Positions 59,376 through 64,000 of a stretch of 64,000 nucleotides of DNA are shown piece by piece (position 1 is the stretch's first letter; every line of letters begins with the position of its first letter). Made by a program: the position numbers and the translations under genes. A model generated the notes under the pieces. The model was given only the letters and a program-made list of their open reading frames with translations, did not search any database and had not been told where the DNA came from. The stretch is from Yuukianura sp. NJ FZ-2021 (Eukaryota). The stretch is from the NCBI GenBank assembly GCA_046563655.1, contig CM102289.1, positions 7,006,001-7,070,000 on the forward strand, read 5' to 3'.

Positions 59376-61576
59376 CTTAAATAAACTCGACGCCAGCGTA
59401 AATGCCTTTTCCAATTGGAACTTCTGGTGTAATTGATTCTCCATTGATATCAAACACTTCGAGTGTACTCATCAATTTATTAGCTTGGGAGTCATATCCT
59501 GCCTTGAGTGCCAAAACCAATTGATCTCCCGTTCCAGGTATGAATTTTAGGCTTGTGAACCCGGCAGTAGTAACAAGTTCACCATAATTGTCAATCTGAC
59601 AAAATAGACAATCAAGAACTAATCAATTTCCATATTATGCCTTGCTGAATTTTTTTTTCAAATACCTTGTAATTTTCAAAATTTTCATCAGTCATAATTG
59701 CCGCGTTTCCTCCCTGTTTTCCTTTCATGAGTTGTGCACCTGATCTGTCTCTGTTGATTCTTCTAGGTGTGAAGAGCCACACTTTTAAAAGTTCACTCCA
59801 TGCCACTCCCTCGTGAACGACAAACCCTAATGGAAACAGGAAATCATAAAATGCAAATTTCAAAATTGGCAACAAATTACTTGACAAATGTGAAATTCCT
59901 CACCTTTATCAAATGGCAAACCGATTGCCTTTGACATTTTTTCATAATTTTTGGACCAATCAATAGTGACAACTTTTCCAGAAGGTGACACTTTCTTGAC
60001 TGCTTGCCGTGTCCTGTCAAATTCATTTTCTTCTTCGGGATTTCGCACCAAAATTCCCGTACTTCCAACCCAGAGATGTCCGCCTTTCACTGTTGCCCAT
60101 TCACATCGAAAACCTTATGGAAAAAAAAAGTATACATGTGTAGGAAATTATAAAATTTTGTGGTGAAGTTTGATTTTTTTTTCAAAATTTTTTCAAAAAA
60201 CAGGAACCTGCGTTTTCTCCCTCATTGGACAAAATTATCCAAGGTTGTGCTATATAAGTAGTATTTTTTGTGGCCGGAAATGATTCTGGTCTTTGCCGTT
60301 TTGACAATGTCCGAGCTTTTTTAACTGGAACTTCTTTCAACTCGTACAAAATTCCGGTTTCGTCATCACAGGAATACAGTTTGCTAAAAATGCGTTTTCA
60401 GAAGATTTTCAAAGTTTTCTTAAGTTTCTCAAAAATTTCAGGATTTATATGCAAATACCCATGGAAAACGTTTAACGTAGAAAGCTCAAATCCTTCATTG
60501 TCAATGTTGAGGCGTGATTGAATGAGGTGTGGCTCAGCGTTGATATCAAAATCAATCATAACCTGACGAAAAATTTTGTAATTTGTAAATTTCAAGTTTC
60601 CCATTTTGAACAATTTAATTTCAGCACAAAATTTCAAAAAAAACGTCTTACATTCCACTTTCGTGGGTTGTCGCTAATTTGTTGAAGCGACAGCGTTCCT
60701 TCTTTGAGAAAACTTCTAAACCCGCCGTTCGCAAGCTTTGCCTCGCTCCCCAAATCAGCAACTACAGCAATTTTGTATTGAATGGACAACGCATTTACGT
60801 TGTCTGGAATTGTGTCCTGAATATTTTGTGGCTCAAGTTGCTGTGGGTCGTTTTGCTGTTGAGGAAACTGGTTGATGAAAGGTCTGACGGTGGGTTGCGG
60901 TAGGCCTTTGAAACCTAGCTTGTCAACTTCAGTTCTTTCTTTTCCTCTTTGTGACTTGTCCGTCAGTCCAGGAAAAATTTCTCTGTTTCCTAAAAAAAAT
61001 TTTTGAACAAAATTTCAGTTAAAAATGAGTCAAATGGAGGAAAATTTTGCGTCAAACTTTTTGGTGTAGGTTTTGAAGTTGTTTTTCTTGTGGTCGTTGT
61101 AGGCGCTTCAGTTGTTGTAGTTTCTGGAATTGGTTCCATTGTAGTTGTTGGTGGCTCATCATCTTGATTTGGCGTCATTTTTTGCAAAGTGGATGGTTTT
61201 CTAGTGGCTGATAAGCGAAACAGCTCTGGAACTGGTGGAAGTTGGTAGTCATAGTCGGGCTGTTCAAATGGTGGATTTGAAAATTGAGAAGGCTCTTCTT
61301 GAAAATTTTTCAACGTTCCAAACTGATTTCTTCCTGCTTCAGGCAGCACCAAATTTGGAAATATTGGTTTTGCCGGCTTATTTTTTTCTTTCTGCCCAAA
61401 ACCTTCACATGATATACACAATTTTCAAAATATCACAAAAAATTTCGTCAGTGTATGACTATTTAGATTTAGCATATTTCACAAAATTTAGTCATAATTC
61501 TGGTAAATACTAGTTTATTACCTGTAGAAATTAGAAGAAACAAGGAAAATACTCCAGACCACTTTTTGCAAAACAT
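59376..61576 (-). CDS. CANT1/apyrase paralogue C with Thr/Pro-rich mucin-like N-terminus
   Basis: Signal peptide MFCKKWSGVFSLFLLIST and a TTTTEAPTTTT region. Domain motifs IAVVADL, EGFELSTL, CDDETG, FRCEW, VHEGVAWS, LKFIPG and YAGVEFI*. Confidence 0.85.
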
Positions 61577-62681
61577 TTTAACGTTTCGTTGTGTTCCTAC
61601 TGCACCTTATACGCGCTTCGTCCTACGTTTACTTACTGGTTGTGTCAGAAAGGCAAAGATACACGAAGAATTTATAATTCTATTATGAAATGAAGTATTT
61701 TGAAAACGTACAAAAACAACCAGTTTTTTGAGGATGAGCACAGATAGATGATGTTACCACTTCTAGGTTAGCACATCTTCTTCCTCGCAATAAAACGTCC
61801 GCACAAAGAAATTCAAATTGTTGACATTTTACATTGTTGGAGTCTAACGCAGTTAACGAGTAAGAATTGCCAAAAAAAAACACAAAGTTGACACTTGACA
61901 ATTCGAAAGTTTCTGCATAATTTTTGCAAACCTTTTTTACCTGAACAATCAAAAAATTACTCATCCTTAAAAAATTGTGACAAAGTTTATCGGCTTTATT
62001 TAGCTGCTTTTACATTCTTAGGTTTGCAATGCATATTAATTCTAAGTGCCTTAATACGATTACCATTTGTTATGTATTTCATATTTGATAAAGACAAGAT
62101 GAAAAACTGCATTTGTAAAAGTTAGCAGTATTAATAAACGTCACGTTTGACGCAATTCTTTGCAATAGTCTGTTGTTTGCTCTTGGACTAATCCGAATAA
62201 GGCTCTGCTAATAATAGCGCAGCGAATTTGTTGCAAAAAAAATTTGCACGGTACATTATAACTATGTGCTTTGCAGAATATGATTCGCACGTGCTACAAG
62301 ATAACTTTCCCTGCCACAAAGCTTAAGTTCTACTTGGAATGGAAGTGGTTTCCAGTGTAGGTTTGTGGTAATTGGGACAAAAGTGTAGTCAAGGTAATTG
62401 TCTGTTCGCTTGACTTTGTATAGATTTTTAACCTCTACTGAAGTGGACTATTACTATAACTAAAATGCCAAATTGACGAAAGTGGTTGTATAGAAATCAG
62501 TTTGCGCAATCTGAACACATCCGTCCAGGTTTTCCTTCCAGGCAATTTAAATTCCGGTTACAACTAGTGCTACTTTAGTTAACACAAATTGTGGTTCTTT
62601 TTTCTTCCACTGCAGACAGACAGACTTTTTCTTTAGAAACAGCTGAACAGACAGATCAATACCAAAAAATATCGATTCAAA

Positions 62682-63749
62682 ATGAAAATCCCTGGTTGGA
62701 TTTTTGTGTTGTGGTTTGTGTCTGCATCTTGTGATGAATTTGGGCATGTCAGTTTAGCCAAACCAAGTTACCAAAACACCTTGGAAGAAGCCAGTTACTG
62801 CTACGCCCGAGACGACATTTCAGAAATTCGCGCCGGATTTACTTATACACCAAACATCAAACGCGACGGAACAGTTTACATGACTGGAGACGTAAACGAC
62901 GTACTAGTAGGACGCATGCCTCCTGGAACTGACATGAAAAACTGGAATGCAGAAGGACTGATTGGAATGGGCGCAGGCGCAATTGGATCAATTTCGAATT
63001 TAGGTGAAGCCTTCTACGTCAACGACATGGCACACGTTCGTTCAACGGATAACAAAAGTGACGCCTATTTTCAAACTATTCGACATTCACAATTTCTAAG
63101 TCCGTTTTCCATGTTTGTCAAAAGTGAAATGGCGGGAGATGGAGTTGCTTCCTATGCACGTCCAAATCAAAGTTCAGCAGAATTTACATTGACGGATCTG
63201 TATGCAAGCATTTATGATGCAGTTGCGCCTGCTCCGTTTTGTTTCCATGGGTTATTCAAATTTAGGCAAATGGAGGGAATTGCAGTGTCAAGGGCTCCGA
63301 TCTATGGTGAGCCTCTTTTTGGACCGAACTTGCGTCGTTATTACATGGAACCGGCATTCCAAATTCCAAATGCAGAGGCCATTGTTTTTGGATGCTCTGG
63401 AAATTTCAGTGCCATTGAAAATGAAAGTGTGAGACAAAAACTTAGTCGTATACTGTATGTCAATCCACATGATCCAGCATCGGCTGGTGAACTGCAAGTA
63501 CACAGTCATGCGCTGACGGTCGTTCCTTGTCGTGTAACAACGGAGAACACGGAACAAAAAGTAACAGAACGTGAACGACCTGGGTCAGTGTACCACCTTC
63601 AGTCAAATTCAAGTATTCAAGAATTTACCGCCAAAGTTTTTACCATCGATGGACCAGAGAAATTACAAGAATTTATGTCGAATTCGGTGTGTACCCATAT
63701 TTTACACCGTTTGATGTTTCTGTTAACGGCTCTGATTTGGGTAGTATAG
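62682..63749 (+). CDS. Intronless 355-aa secreted, possibly GPI-anchored protein; possible acetolactate-decarboxylase-like HxH..H fold
   Basis: Long single ORF with a signal peptide, Gly-rich GLIGMGAGAIGSISNLGE, SPF, VHSH..VYHL and a hydrophobic C-terminus. The fold assignment is tentative. Confidence 0.75.
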   Translation: MKIPGWIFVLWFVSASCDEFGHVSLAKPSYQNTLEEASYCYARDDISEIRAGFTYTPNIKRDGTVYMTGDVNDVLVGRMPPGTDMKNWNAEGLIGMGAGAIGSISNLGEAFYVNDMAHVRSTDNKSDAYFQTIRHSQFLSPFSMFVKSEMAGDGVASYARPNQSSAEFTLTDLYASIYDAVAPAPFCFHGLFKFRQMEGIAVSRAPIYGEPLFGPNLRRYYMEPAFQIPNAEAIVFGCSGNFSAIENESVRQKLSRILYVNPHDPASAGELQVHSHALTVVPCRVTTENTEQKVTERERPGSVYHLQSNSSIQEFTAKVFTIDGPEKLQEFMSNSVCTHILHRLMFLLTALIWVV

Positions 63750-64000
63750 ATTCATCATGTATACAAACTTTAGCTTCACCTAACTTATAATTAGTAGGCT
63801 TCACTTTCTAAATAAGGTTAAAAATTCAATGTGTTTGTTAAGTTTAAGTTGGTGGAAATCATTCTTAAGACACAGTATTTGAGTTACTATTCTTTCTGAG
63901 TCAATAAAATTGTTTCTAAACTTATACCAGCATAACGTACATGAAATTAACCTTTGACCTTGCCCTTGTTATTACATTATATAAACTACCTTACTACAAT

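Noticed and set aside
1..61576. Ecto-phosphohydrolase theme (two ALPs, ENPP6, three apyrases) as a single pathway cluster
   Set aside because: The ALP genes are about 37 kb from the others with many unrelated genes between; coincidence in a compact genome is sufficient.
1..64000. Prokaryotic systems (CRISPR arrays, operons, defence islands), rRNA or tRNA genes
   Set aside because: The DNA is spliceosomal eukaryotic sequence. No repeat-spacer array or recognisable structural RNA was seen.

Overview
This is gene-dense eukaryotic DNA with short (about 55-100 nt), AT-rich GT-AG introns. The arthropod-type troponin T, Relish and IFT88 genes and several fungal/microbial-type genes suggest a small soil arthropod such as a springtail; that assignment is inference. 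About 23 genes or gene fragments can be spliced by eye. They are two tandem alkaline phosphatases, two trypsin-like proteases, a neuropeptide-like precursor, troponin T, a secreted intradiol dioxygenase, a fungal-type UPF0187/bestrophin, two small GPI-type proteins, ABHD4/5, Ku70, a double defensin-like peptide, IFT88, Relish, a 40-aa membrane micropeptide, ENPP6-like, two intronless fungal class VI-like chitin synthases (one frameshifted), three CANT1/apyrase paralogues with long low-complexity N-termini and altered Ca2+ ligands, and an intronless HxH metallo-fold protein. There is also a 321-bp foldback transposon with an 8-bp target-site duplication. The most interesting signals are the 46-62 kb block (foreign-type chitin synthases next to Gln/Pro-rich pseudo-apyrases), a kB-flanked internal promoter inside Relish, and repeated perfect DR1 elements. 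CDS coordinates span introns. Family calls rest on motif recognition from memory; no searches were run.
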